From a virus (lineage: Duplodnaviria > Caudoviricetes), in the IMG/VR virus record IMGVR_UViG_3300028393_000226, positions 1-32,627 of that record: DNA of 32,627 bases, one strand, 5' to 3'. This document shows positions 7,209-16,894 of this stretch, piece after piece. The translations under genes and the position numbers were made by a program. Each line of letters opens with the position of its first letter. Positions within the stretch are counted from its first letter, which is position 1. Below the pieces are notes generated by a model. That model made no database searches. It was not told where the DNA came from and was given only the letters and a program-made list of their open reading frames with translations.

Positions 7209-10016
7209 GTGCCAGCGTTTACACCCACTAGGGGTGTTCCCGTTGGGTTGAAACCACCGTTCGGTCGGCCTAATCTTCCACAACCAGCCTCTCCAGTTAA
7301 ACTCGTCCAGTCTAATTCGGTTGGCTTTGACCAAGGTCCAAGTCCGACTTATTGGACTTCAATCTCGCTGCCGAAGCCGCCAACGGCGGGAAATCTGCTC
7401 GTCATTGTTGCAAGTTTGAACTACGGTTTTCCTACTCCAAGTGGTTGGACTACGGTCACAGCAAGCCAGTCAACGGTGCTTGCGAAAGTATCAGTGGGCG
7501 CTGCCGATCAGACGTTCACAGCCGTAACGGGGTATTTTACTGCTGCGCTTTCTTACGTCGAACTATCTGGCGTATCGCTTGCTGGGTTTTCTGTAGTTAA
7601 CTCAGGTGCCATTAACACGTTGACTGCTCCTGCGGGTAGTGTTGTTATTTCCGTTGTTGATTATCATGATGCGGCCGCTAGCGGGGGTCAGCCTCCGTAC
7701 CCCAGCGCGTATACGCCTGATGGGATGCTGTCACTTTATAAAGGCTGTTACTACGTTAATGGCATAGATAACGACGATTCGTACATAGCATCTGCCGGTA
7801 TCGCATTCCCCGACACCGCAACAACGTACTGGACTGGCGTTGGTGCCACGCGCACCTTGGCATCCACTGGCTCATGGACAGATGCTGGCCAGACTAATGG
7901 CCTGATCGCTTACTTCCCAGCGGGAACGAACAGCACAACGGTTAACGGTACTGCAACTGCGACAGGTGCCGGTGCTGCAACTAACAGCAACATCATCGTT
8001 AACCCGTCAGCACGATCAGTCGGTGCAGGATCAACTTCTCCTACGGGACAAGTTAACTTCGCTACCAACCCAAGCCTTGAGGCTGGTACTACGGGTTGGA
8101 CGTGGCAGCAACAAACCAATGGTGCTCCCGCAACTGTTAGCCAAGGTTCCACTCTTCCTGTTGATGGACAGTTCACTGCTGTAGCCAGCATCACTGGTAC
8201 TCAAACTATTGCCACTAACCATGGCATGAGTATCAACGGTGCTACTCCTGCTGGAACTATCGTTCCCGGTCTCCCGTACACGTTTAGCGTGTATGTGAAA
8301 CCTTCTCGAACGAACGTGTTCTTGATGGGTGTGGACTGGGTTGGTGCGGGTGCTTCCGCTACGTCCACGGCTACGACGGCTAATGCTGGCGTATGGACTC
8401 GTCTTACTGCATCGGGTACAGCACCTGCTGGTTCGACAAACATTAACGTCAACATTTGGACTAATACGGCTGGTGGTTCTGTCCTCTGGCAGAACCTTGA
8501 CACGATCACTTACGATGCGTTCCTCGTAGAACAATCAGCATCTCTGAATGCTTACCCGATCGGGACGAAACCTGTCCAAGGAACCCTTGGTAGTACGGCT
8601 ATTGGTGCTGGGTCTATCCCCACTGCGACTGGTTCTTCTGTCTCGGGTGGATCAACTGGTACAGCAACTGGTTTAGGCCAGATAACGGCTAACGCTACAA
8701 CGGGTTCCACGGGTTCTAGCGTGGGTGTAGGACTTGTTACTGGTAACACGGTAACGGTAGCGACAGCGACCTCCACAGGGGCTGGAACAGCCACCTCTGG
8801 GTCTGCATCTAACAGTGCTGCAACACTCATTGGTGCTGGTCTTGTTACTGCACTATCTACAGTGTCAGCGGCTGCACCCGGTACGGGTGCTGGTGTAGCA
8901 ACTGGTTTAAACAGTACGAGTGCTACAACTTCTGCGGTTGGTGCTGGTGTTGCTACCAGTGCAAGCCCACGAACGGTTGCTCCTGCTACATCGACTGGTG
9001 CTGGTGTTGCCAGCAACACGAACACTGTTACTTCTGCCACCGCTCTGGTGGTGGGTGCTGGGTCTGTCACTGCTAATACGAGCGGTTCTGCTTCTGGCAC
9101 ATCCACTGTCACTGGTGCAGGTACTGCTACTTCTAACGCGGTAACCGTCGCTGGTTCCACTGCATCAGGTAGTGGTGTTGTAACGGCTGCCAGTTCGATT
9201 GTTGTTCTTGGATCTGCCACTGTTGTTGGTGCTGGCTCGGCTAGTAACTCTTCAGTCGCGTTGCGGTCTACTGCTACCAGCACTGGTGCTGGTGTGGCTA
9301 CTGGACAGAACCTTAGTTCTGTTTATGGGGCTGCGATTGTTTCGGGTCTTGGTGTAGCCACTGCGACTGGGACAACAACACAGGCTGTAGCAACTAAGTA
9401 CATGTTCAGTGGGAGTCGGCAGTTCTTACAGGATCGTCTCTTCTTTAAGACTGGACCTGTCCACCAGTATTCGATCATTAAAAAGGGAACTGTTTACACG
9501 GAGAGTTCTTACCCAACGTCAGAAGATTATTCAACTGCTGACATGGTTTACCGGGGTGGGTTCACTTACGAAGTTTCCTACGATGAAGCACTCCGTTTAT
9601 ATGCTTCTGGTTACAGCGTGTCTGGCCTGTCTGCATTGCCAACGATAACGGGTACAGCATCTTCCAGTGGGTCTGGATCTATTTTGACCGGATCAACACT
9701 TGTTGCTTCTGGTTCTCTTACCGGGTCTGCATCTGTTTTGACCGGATCAACACTTGCTGCTTCTGGTTCTCTTACCGGATCTGGTGTCGCGGTTGCTATC
9801 GCTACCACGTCAACTCCGTCTGGCTCTTATACGTGGGGCACACCAGCAACGTGGGGCACTCCAACTACATGGGGTGGCTCATCTTCTGGTTCATCGTTTA
9901 CATGGAGCAGCCCTGCTACATGGGGCACTCCATCAACTTGGAGCAGTTCTTCGTCCAGTTCACCTTCTACATGGGCATCACCGTCTACGTGGGCATCACC
10001 AACAACATGGGGTTAA
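7209..10016 (+). CDS. Large fibre protein with CBM-like domain, Gly-Ala-Gly repeats and C-terminal Trp repeats
   Basis: NPSLEAGTTGW...YTFSVYVK...WTRLTASGTAPAG is a carbohydrate-binding-like module. GAGxAT repeats recur about every 17-20 aa, and the protein ends in TWxxPx repeats. Confidence 0.7.
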   Translation: MPAFTPTRGVPVGLKPPFGRPNLPQPASPVKLVQSNSVGFDQGPSPTYWTSISLPKPPTAGNLLVIVASLNYGFPTPSGWTTVTASQSTVLAKVSVGAADQTFTAVTGYFTAALSYVELSGVSLAGFSVVNSGAINTLTAPAGSVVISVVDYHDAAASGGQPPYPSAYTPDGMLSLYKGCYYVNGIDNDDSYIASAGIAFPDTATTYWTGVGATRTLASTGSWTDAGQTNGLIAYFPAGTNSTTVNGTATATGAGAATNSNIIVNPSARSVGAGSTSPTGQVNFATNPSLEAGTTGWTWQQQTNGAPATVSQGSTLPVDGQFTAVASITGTQTIATNHGMSINGATPAGTIVPGLPYTFSVYVKPSRTNVFLMGVDWVGAGASATSTATTANAGVWTRLTASGTAPAGSTNINVNIWTNTAGGSVLWQNLDTITYDAFLVEQSASLNAYPIGTKPVQGTLGSTAIGAGSIPTATGSSVSGGSTGTATGLGQITANATTGSTGSSVGVGLVTGNTVTVATATSTGAGTATSGSASNSAATLIGAGLVTALSTVSAAAPGTGAGVATGLNSTSATTSAVGAGVATSASPRTVAPATSTGAGVASNTNTVTSATALVVGAGSVTANTSGSASGTSTVTGAGTATSNAVTVAGSTASGSGVVTAASSIVVLGSATVVGAGSASNSSVALRSTATSTGAGVATGQNLSSVYGAAIVSGLGVATATGTTTQAVATKYMFSGSRQFLQDRLFFKTGPVHQYSIIKKGTVYTESSYPTSEDYSTADMVYRGGFTYEVSYDEALRLYASGYSVSGLSALPTITGTASSSGSGSILTGSTLVASGSLTGSASVLTGSTLAASGSLTGSGVAVAIATTSTPSGSYTWGTPATWGTPTTWGGSSSGSSFTWSSPATWGTPSTWSSSSSSSPSTWASPSTWASPTTWG
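9669..9776 (+). repeat. 54-bp tandem duplication in the fibre gene
   Basis: Units 9669-9722 and 9723-9776 encode GSGSILTGSTLVASGSLT and GSASVLTGSTLAASGSLT, with 3 nucleotide differences. Confidence 0.9.
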
Positions 10017-10019
10017 ACA

Positions 10020-11492
10020 ATGGCTTACCAACGTGTCACGTCAACCGACTCTTTCACCACTGGGGCAACTGCCGCGACGACAGTCATCAACGCTATCGAG
10101 GTTGGCGTAGAAGCCCTAGAGGCTGCTATTTCCCCCTCCACGACCTTTCCCAGCGCGACCACGACGGGTTACGGTTCAACATCTCTGACAGCCACAACTG
10201 CTGGTGCTCTGAGCATTGTTAACAATGCAACGTTTACAGCCTTGGACATTACCGGTCAGGTAACGATCCCCGGTGGTGTTACGGGTGTCACGTTCACGAA
10301 CTGTCGCATCACGGGTAGCGTCAATTATGGTTTGTATGTTTCGTCTACTGCCTCGGTGACACTCCAAAACTGTGAGATTACTGGACCAACAAACAACTAC
10401 AACGGTGCGGCTCTAGCCGGTGCTGGCAGTGGTGCCGTGGTAGTTAAGAACTGCAAGATTTGGGGTTACGAGGATGGCATCAAGCCATCTTCCAACTGGA
10501 CAATCCAAGACAATTACATTTACGACCTTGCCAATAACAACGTGCAAGTCCAGTCGATCTCTAACACGTCAGGCTCAACGTGGCGTTACGTGGTTGCTCC
10601 TACCGCTCTAGGTACAGCGATGCCATTCGCTGCCACGAACTCGGTTGTTGTCTCTGGTTGTACGGCAAGTGGTAACAATGGAACGTTTACAGTCACAGCA
10701 GTTGGTTCCAACTATTTTGAGGTAACAAACGCTTCTGGTGTAGCACAGGCTACGGCTGCCGGTTCTGCTGCTAACTCACACTGTGACGGCATCCAGATCC
10801 AGACTGGTGTCAGCAATGTCATCATTAACCACAATACGATCATCGCCCCAACCACCCTGCTGGGTGTCACGTCAGCGGTCTTCGTCTCCCCTGACATTGG
10901 ACCTGCCGGTCCCGGCCCTGTGACCATCCTGAACAACTACCTGTCAGGTGGTCCGTACACGCTGATCATCGTGGATGGCAACAACGGCCAGTACCACACC
11001 TCGGGCCTATCGGTCATCAACAATACGTTTGTCAACAACTCCATTAACGGTCCAACTCGTATCACTGAGCCAAGCCCATACTGGAACGCTTGGTACGGCA
11101 ACATTTACACTGACAAGACTCCTGTCAGCCCCGGTGTCCTGACCGCATTGCAGCAAACCTCGATCAGCGGTTGGTTGTCGCCAGCATTCAACGCATCGTT
11201 TACACCTAACTGGCGTGACGGTAGGACAACGAACGTTGGTGTGCTCACCGCTGCAATCACGATTAACGCACCAACGAGCAACCCCGGTTACACCTCAACG
11301 ATCCCTTCGGGTACGCAGATGACGTTCCTGCTGACGCAGGATGCAACGGGTGGTCGTGCTATTACGTGGAACGCAATTTTCTTACGCTCAACTTCTCTAG
11401 CCGCATCGGGCACAGCAAGTCAGCGTGCCTCCATCTCATTCGCTTGGGACGGCACCAACTGGGTTGAGACCGCTGTCTCACCATGGCACTAA
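10020..11492 (+). CDS. Right-handed beta-helix (pectate lyase-like) spike/depolymerase
   Basis: Repeats VTFTNCRI, VTLQNCEI, WTIQDNYIYD, HCDGIQI, IINHNTI, ILNNYL. The C-terminus has a LTQDATGGRAITW fibre domain. Confidence 0.75.
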   Translation: MAYQRVTSTDSFTTGATAATTVINAIEVGVEALEAAISPSTTFPSATTTGYGSTSLTATTAGALSIVNNATFTALDITGQVTIPGGVTGVTFTNCRITGSVNYGLYVSSTASVTLQNCEITGPTNNYNGAALAGAGSGAVVVKNCKIWGYEDGIKPSSNWTIQDNYIYDLANNNVQVQSISNTSGSTWRYVVAPTALGTAMPFAATNSVVVSGCTASGNNGTFTVTAVGSNYFEVTNASGVAQATAAGSAANSHCDGIQIQTGVSNVIINHNTIIAPTTLLGVTSAVFVSPDIGPAGPGPVTILNNYLSGGPYTLIIVDGNNGQYHTSGLSVINNTFVNNSINGPTRITEPSPYWNAWYGNIYTDKTPVSPGVLTALQQTSISGWLSPAFNASFTPNWRDGRTTNVGVLTAAITINAPTSNPGYTSTIPSGTQMTFLLTQDATGGRAITWNAIFLRSTSLAASGTASQRASISFAWDGTNWVETAVSPWH

Positions 11493-11506
11493 GGGGTAAT
11501 GTAAAC

Positions 11507-11848
11507 ATGGCGCTCGGTGATAATTGTAGAAGTGGATGCCTCACACGCGACCATGCAACGTGGGGTGAGTGTGCTCGTCACGCTTCTCTACGTGTTGGTT
11601 GGGCAGCATCAAGTAATGGTGGCTACTCGCTACGTGGGGAGAAGTTGCATGAGGCTGAACTGAACGCTTACGCACAGGCCCGACGTGACGGTTTGCAGCC
11701 TGCTGCTACCACGCAGAAAGCAGTGAACGAAGCGTACCGGGCTTCTGAGTTGATCGGTAAGCCTTACAACGCTGACACGATGCCACCTACTGCGGCTATC
11801 CCTAACCAGAGGACAGCGACCGTGGCCACTCAGGCAGGGATGCTATGA
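11507..11848 (+). CDS. Phage hypothetical protein with N-terminal CxxxC...H...C motif
   Basis: Start reassigned to ATG 11507 (GGGG-TAATGTAAAC-ATG). Motif CRSGCLTRDHATWGEC. ATGA overlap with the next gene. Confidence 0.7.
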   Translation: MALGDNCRSGCLTRDHATWGECARHASLRVGWAASSNGGYSLRGEKLHEAELNAYAQARRDGLQPAATTQKAVNEAYRASELIGKPYNADTMPPTAAIPNQRTATVATQAGML

Positions 11849-12720
11849 GTCTGAGCCTCACTGATCTGACTAATGCGATCACTCTTGAACTGTCTGGTTA
11901 CACCCAGACTCAGGAGCAGGCTTCGTACACTACGGCGGCTATCACTTCTTCAGCCACGTCGATCCCTGTAGCCGATGCGTCTAACTTCTCTCACGGTGTT
12001 GTAGAGATCGAAGACGAACTGGTGTACGTGACAACGATTGACAGGTCCAGCAACATTCTGACTGTTGCACCGTTTGGTCGTGGCTATGGTGGGACTACGG
12101 CTGTGGCTCACGCGATCAACGTGAAGGCTGTGAACTCTCCGCTGTTTCCCCGAGCGGCGATTAAACGAGCGATCAACGAAACAGTCAACGCTCTCTACCC
12201 TGACTTGTGGCAGGTGGCTAGTGCCACACAGGTCCTTATCGCAGGACAAACCTCGTACTCGTTAACCCCAACCCCACAGGTTGGGGACATCATGGATGTC
12301 TCGTACCGGAACCCTTACTCGCTTGAGTATGCACCGATCCGACGTTGGAAGTACGACAAGTATCAAGATCAAATCGTGATCTGGGATTCGTTACCGACCG
12401 GGTACACGGCATACATTTCTTACTCGTCTCCCCCATCAACGTTCGCTACTGATGCGTCCACAATCCTGTCCACAGGATTACCAGATTCTTGTTCTGATGT
12501 GATCCGCCTCGGTTCAATCATTCGTCTCTTGCCTTACGTGGAGATCCCGAACTCGGCAATCATCGCCGCTGATGCTTCTTTCGCTGCTAACGCTCGCATA
12601 TCTCAAACATCTGCTGCTGCCTTATCGAGGCAGTTGTATCAACAGTTCCGTATCCGCGTTCAAGAAGAGGCTGCTCGTTTAAACCAGCAGTATCCCGTCC
12701 GTGTCCACTACACCCGCTGA
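11845..12720 (+). CDS. Head-tail adaptor / tail tubular protein A-like
   Basis: Helical termini around a beta core (IKRAINETVNALYPDLW, GQTSYSL), an inserted RGYGGTTAVAH domain, and position before the tail fibre. Confidence 0.6.
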   Translation: MSLSLTDLTNAITLELSGYTQTQEQASYTTAAITSSATSIPVADASNFSHGVVEIEDELVYVTTIDRSSNILTVAPFGRGYGGTTAVAHAINVKAVNSPLFPRAAIKRAINETVNALYPDLWQVASATQVLIAGQTSYSLTPTPQVGDIMDVSYRNPYSLEYAPIRRWKYDKYQDQIVIWDSLPTGYTAYISYSSPPSTFATDASTILSTGLPDSCSDVIRLGSIIRLLPYVEIPNSAIIAADASFAANARISQTSAAALSRQLYQQFRIRVQEEAARLNQQYPVRVHYTR

Positions 12721-12727
12721 GGTTTAA

Positions 12728-14746
12728 ATGGCTGTCACCGCTCGCAACTATTCATCTGTCGCCGTAGCGACAACCCTATCCGCTGGCATCAACTCGTCAG
12801 TTACAGCATTCAATATTGCGGCGAACACCGGTTGGCCTGCTGCCCCGTTCATCGCTGTCCTAGATCCGAACACGGTCAACGAAGAGATCGTCCTCGTTAG
12901 TGCTGCGGCAGGTACATCGTGGTCATCTGTTACCCGTGGCTATGACTCGTCGGCTGCTGTCTCGCACAATGCGGGTGGAACCGTCCAACACATGGTGGTT
13001 GGTGTTGACTTTAGGGAGGCTCAAAACCATGCAGTCTCTTCGACCTCAAACGTACATAGCCTTGGCGTTGGTTCTGTTGTTGTTGGAACGACTGATAGTC
13101 AGACCCTCACAAATAAGACGTTAACTGCGCCTACGTTGAACTCTCCAACTTTTGGCACAGCCCTACCAACCGGAACAACCATCGGGCTTGGGGGCAGCGG
13201 CACCAATTCAGGAACGCTGTACCTTGATGGTGGAACTGCATCTGGTGGAGAAGAAGGCGTAACGCTATTAAAGAACGGCACGGCCAAATGGAAAATCTAC
13301 TCGCTTGATACGACACAACCGAACCTATATGTGCGCGATATCGCTAATGGCGTGCAGGCCATCACTGTTGTCCCCGGAGCGACGCCAGTCGTTGACATGC
13401 CTTCGATTACACAGGCTGGCGTACCTGTTGTAACAACCACGGGTACTGCAACACTAAGCAACAAGACGTTGACTTCACCGTCCATCAGTAACCCATCAGT
13501 ATCTGGCACGGCTACTGGTTCATTAACGAACCTTGCTTTGACTACGCCTGCAATCTCAGGTTCTGGTGGTGCTCTGACCTTGCCAGCAGGACCGGGCACA
13601 CTGTTCGCTACATCAAACTTTCAACGTAACAACTTCCTTGACAATCCTTGTTTCCTGATTAACCAGTTCGGCGGTAATCGTGGTGGTATTGGCGCTGCCC
13701 AATACAGAATGGATCGCTGGTACTACACACCCATTTCACCCGTTGGCAACACAGGTTTTGGCGGTAGTGGATTCTCCAATGGAGCCAGCACAGCATCAGG
13801 GTCATACGCATATTGGAATACTCCCGCTACGACCCTAGGCTCGGCTACTGCTGGATCTATGTATACCGTTGAACAGCGATTCGCTTTTGGAGATATCCCG
13901 TTTGCACTATCTGGCAAGCAGGTTACATTTTCTCTTTCTGCCGCAGTTGTTACTTCGTACAAACTGAACGTTCGCTGGGTTGTTAACTACGGGACGGGTG
14001 GTAGCCCTTCGGCTACTACGACCACATCGCTCGGATCGTTAACTTTCTCCACTGGATCGACGGGCACGTTTTCGCGTCAATCAGTCACAGCGACGCTACC
14101 TAGTTTTTCGGGAACGTGGGGATCTAATTCTGATGGTTACGTGTCACTGGTTCTTGAACAGGACTACACCAACGCCACATCAATGGGTGTGAATGTGGCC
14201 GATGCCCAACTGGAACTTGGCCCAGTTGCTACTGCGTTCATACCACCAGCATTTCATGATGATCTGCGACGGTGCCAAAAGTATTACAACATCTTTTCAT
14301 CATCTGGCGTCATGGCGTTTGAAGGATGGGTAAGCCAATATGTTGCATCAGCATCAGGCGCTGTGGTCCGAGCACCCATCAACTTCCCCACCACGATGAT
14401 TGGTACGCCAACACTTTCACACAACTTTGCTACTTTCACAACAGCGGCACCCACTGCGATAACACAAGTCGCAGTGTTTGGTCCCGCTGCGGGTGGATTA
14501 AGCCAGTATTGGACCGCAGGAACATTTACTTCTCTGGCTGCCACATACGTCTCTGGTCCGAGCATTACCAACTATCAGACAATAGTTCCCCTTGGTGTGA
14601 ACAAGATGCAACTCATTCTGAGTATTGCCTCACCGCAGGCAATCACCGTCTCAACTACTACTAACCCTGCCTACCCCAATGTTGGCCAAGGCGTGATGAT
14701 AGTCGCCGGTGCTAACTCGTTCATCGCCTTCTCGTCAGAGCCGTAA
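12728..14746 (+). CDS. Tail fibre / receptor-binding protein
   Basis: QTLTNKTLTAP and TLSNKTLTSP shaft repeats, NPCFLINQ...DRW, and AQLELGPVATAF...DLRRCQKYY. Confidence 0.8.
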   Translation: MAVTARNYSSVAVATTLSAGINSSVTAFNIAANTGWPAAPFIAVLDPNTVNEEIVLVSAAAGTSWSSVTRGYDSSAAVSHNAGGTVQHMVVGVDFREAQNHAVSSTSNVHSLGVGSVVVGTTDSQTLTNKTLTAPTLNSPTFGTALPTGTTIGLGGSGTNSGTLYLDGGTASGGEEGVTLLKNGTAKWKIYSLDTTQPNLYVRDIANGVQAITVVPGATPVVDMPSITQAGVPVVTTTGTATLSNKTLTSPSISNPSVSGTATGSLTNLALTTPAISGSGGALTLPAGPGTLFATSNFQRNNFLDNPCFLINQFGGNRGGIGAAQYRMDRWYYTPISPVGNTGFGGSGFSNGASTASGSYAYWNTPATTLGSATAGSMYTVEQRFAFGDIPFALSGKQVTFSLSAAVVTSYKLNVRWVVNYGTGGSPSATTTTSLGSLTFSTGSTGTFSRQSVTATLPSFSGTWGSNSDGYVSLVLEQDYTNATSMGVNVADAQLELGPVATAFIPPAFHDDLRRCQKYYNIFSSSGVMAFEGWVSQYVASASGAVVRAPINFPTTMIGTPTLSHNFATFTTAAPTAITQVAVFGPAAGGLSQYWTAGTFTSLAATYVSGPSITNYQTIVPLGVNKMQLILSIASPQAITVSTTTNPAYPNVGQGVMIVAGANSFIAFSSEP

Positions 14747-14749
14747 GCC

Positions 14750-15025
14750 ATGTATACGACTCCAACAATAATAAATGCACTCAATGATTACGGGGGTGTA
14801 CTCATTGTTCTCATTACCATCATCACGTCTTTCGCCGCTGCTGGACGCTACCTCGTTATGCGTCCACTTATGAGCGAGATTGAAAGACGCACATCACAGA
14901 TTCAACCAAACGCTAACGGCGGTCAATCACTAAAAGACCTACACGGTCGTGTGGACCGTATCGAACGCCAGTTAGACCTCGTAATCGAACACTTAATAAA
15001 GGATGAGGATGATCCCCAAGATTAA
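14750..15025 (+). CDS. Single-TM membrane protein with coiled-coil (holin-associated)
   Basis: Hydrophobic GVLIVLITIITSFAAAG followed by PNANGGQSLKDLHGRVDRIERQLD. Confidence 0.65.
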   Translation: MYTTPTIINALNDYGGVLIVLITIITSFAAAGRYLVMRPLMSEIERRTSQIQPNANGGQSLKDLHGRVDRIERQLDLVIEHLIKDEDDPQD

Positions 15026-15857
15026 AGCAGTAGCGTTTACATCCGGTACTGTGCTCGGCCTCGCAATCATCGGTGCTGTCCAATCAGCCGGTGCCACAGA
15101 CTCCGCTCCACTCCCCCCTGATACGAACCTTGAGACCGCTCCCGACGTGAGCGTCACCACGAACACGTCCGTGTACGTGCGGAACCCAACCTTGTCTCTT
15201 GTTACTTCCTCAGATAAGAGCGTTGTAACTGCTGGGTCAAAGATCACGTACACGTACACGTTGAAGAACACGGGCAACACGGATTACAGCAACATACGAA
15301 TCACTGATGACAAATGCTCACCGATCACTGGGCCTACTGGGAATGATGCTGACCCAAACTTGAACCAAGGAGAAGTGTGGGTTTACAAATGCAGCACGAC
15401 AGTCCTCAAGGACCAAACGAACGCCGCAACGGTGAAAGCCACTCCGGTCATATCGACTGCTGCCCCGAGTGCTTCGCCTACACCATCTGTGTCTCCAAGT
15501 GCCACTACTTCTCCTACACCAACCGTAATCAAAGACGGAACTTGGGCGGGTAATGCTCCAATCAACGTGGCCGGTGAGGGAATCCAATACCAGATCGGTC
15601 TGTCAGTTACGACTCTCGGTGGGAAGATCACGGGGATCACTGTTCCCACGTTCACTGCTGCTGATCCGACATCGAAGTCGATTGGCAAGTTTTATGTTTC
15701 AACAACTCCCAGCATGAACAATGCTGGCAATGGGACTTTGATCGACGAGGCTGTCGGCGGGTCCACCAGCAACGTAGCCACGGTCAGTGGTGCCACGTAC
15801 ACCAGTGCAGGCTTCCGGTCTGCTCTCCAATCCGCTCTCTCGCTTGCTTCTGCTTAG
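15003..15857 (+). CDS. Exported protein with Ig-like (DUF11-like) domain, Pro/Ser/Thr linker and FMN-binding (FMN_bind) domain
   Basis: Signal-like N-terminus, AGSKITYTYTLKNTGN Ig-like motif, and KDGTWAG...VTTLGGKITGI...TVSGATYTSAGFRSALQSAL. Confidence 0.8.
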   Translation: MRMIPKIKAVAFTSGTVLGLAIIGAVQSAGATDSAPLPPDTNLETAPDVSVTTNTSVYVRNPTLSLVTSSDKSVVTAGSKITYTYTLKNTGNTDYSNIRITDDKCSPITGPTGNDADPNLNQGEVWVYKCSTTVLKDQTNAATVKATPVISTAAPSASPTPSVSPSATTSPTPTVIKDGTWAGNAPINVAGEGIQYQIGLSVTTLGGKITGITVPTFTAADPTSKSIGKFYVSTTPSMNNAGNGTLIDEAVGGSTSNVATVSGATYTSAGFRSALQSALSLASA

Positions 15858-15868
15858 GAGATGTAAAC

Positions 15869-16102
15869 ATGTCACAATTTTGGGAATCCATTCCCGCACC
15901 GATCCGAACAATCATTAACGTCGTTGTGGGTGCAGCGTTCGCCGCTGCTGTCTCCTATGTGATTGGGAACATCTCAGGTGGAACGATCGACCTGAACGCT
16001 CTCGGTCAGGCTGTCCTCATTGCTGCGGGTACTGCTCTCGTCCGTGCTATTAATCCGGCTGACACTGCTTACGGTGTCGGTTCGAATCCTGAGGGCATCT
16101 GA
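15869..16102 (+). CDS. Holin
   Basis: 77 aa, two hydrophobic segments, RAINPAD..YG tail, TGATG-coupled to the endolysin. Confidence 0.75.
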   Translation: MSQFWESIPAPIRTIINVVVGAAFAAAVSYVIGNISGGTIDLNALGQAVLIAAGTALVRAINPADTAYGVGSNPEGI

Positions 16103-16881
16103 TGCCAGCGAGTATAAACGGGTGGGCTGTCCTGAATTGGGGAGATCCACGCCTGAAAGAGATCGTCGTACCGGGTACGAAGATTAAACTGTCTATGCGG
16201 AGTGTGGCGGCTCCTTTGTTCGCTGCGTTGGCTGCTGACTATCACAAGACTGTTGCCCCGCTGCGCCCTAAAGAAGTGTGGTCGCATGATTACCGTCCAG
16301 CGAGGGCTAGTGCATCGTGGTCGGATCATTCGTCTGGGACTGCCATTGACTGCAATAGCGCCCATGAGGGCGCTCAGGGACCGCATGGTGGTATGAGCAC
16401 TATGTCATCCGCTCAGATCGCAGCGTGTGTCGCATTGAAGAAGAAGTACAAAATCATTATTTGGGGTGGGGATAAGAGACGCGGTGGCGACTACGTTGCC
16501 AGTCGTAATTGGGACCCCATGCACTTCGCTTTGAAGCCGGGTACGAGCATCGCTCAGGTTGAAGCAGTCATCAAGGAACTCGGCATCCGTCCTGACGGGA
16601 CTGTTGCCCCTGCGTTTAAACCTGTCAAGGTTCCTACGAAGCCTTCAACGAAACCAGTCCACGTACCCACGATCCCGGTTTTCCCCGGCAAGTTCAGTGT
16701 TGGTACTAAGGGCGATCACGTTAAGGCAATCCAGAAGGGCCTAGGTCTCACACCTAGTGGCGTATTCGATCCGGCAACTGTTGTTGCTGTGAAGCGGTAT
16801 CAACGTTTACACATCTCATTGTGGCCTTTTGATGGTGTTGTTGGACCGAAGACGTATAAGGCTCTTGCTCGTCCCGTCTAG
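16102..16881 (+). CDS. Endolysin: M15-family Zn peptidase plus peptidoglycan-binding domain
   Basis: SINGW start, YRP...SDHSSGTAID and DPMHF, with C-terminal VKAIQKGLGL...DGVVGPKTY. Confidence 0.85.
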   Translation: MPASINGWAVLNWGDPRLKEIVVPGTKIKLSMRSVAAPLFAALAADYHKTVAPLRPKEVWSHDYRPARASASWSDHSSGTAIDCNSAHEGAQGPHGGMSTMSSAQIAACVALKKKYKIIIWGGDKRRGGDYVASRNWDPMHFALKPGTSIAQVEAVIKELGIRPDGTVAPAFKPVKVPTKPSTKPVHVPTIPVFPGKFSVGTKGDHVKAIQKGLGLTPSGVFDPATVVAVKRYQRLHISLWPFDGVVGPKTYKALARPV

Positions 16882-16894
16882 GAAGGACTAGCCC

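Noticed and set aside
8552-9283. Long antisense ORFs (also 2397-3008, 3764-4237, 8031-8534 and others)
   Set aside because: They are shadows of Thr/Ala/Gly-rich sense genes, with no SD or motifs.
9669-9776. Diversity-generating retroelement TR/VR pair
   Set aside because: The copies are adjacent and in-frame, the differences are not adenine-specific, and no reverse transcriptase is present.
16079-16089. GGTTCGAATCC T-loop-like sequence
   Set aside because: It lies in the holin coding sequence (GSNP) with no extended stems.
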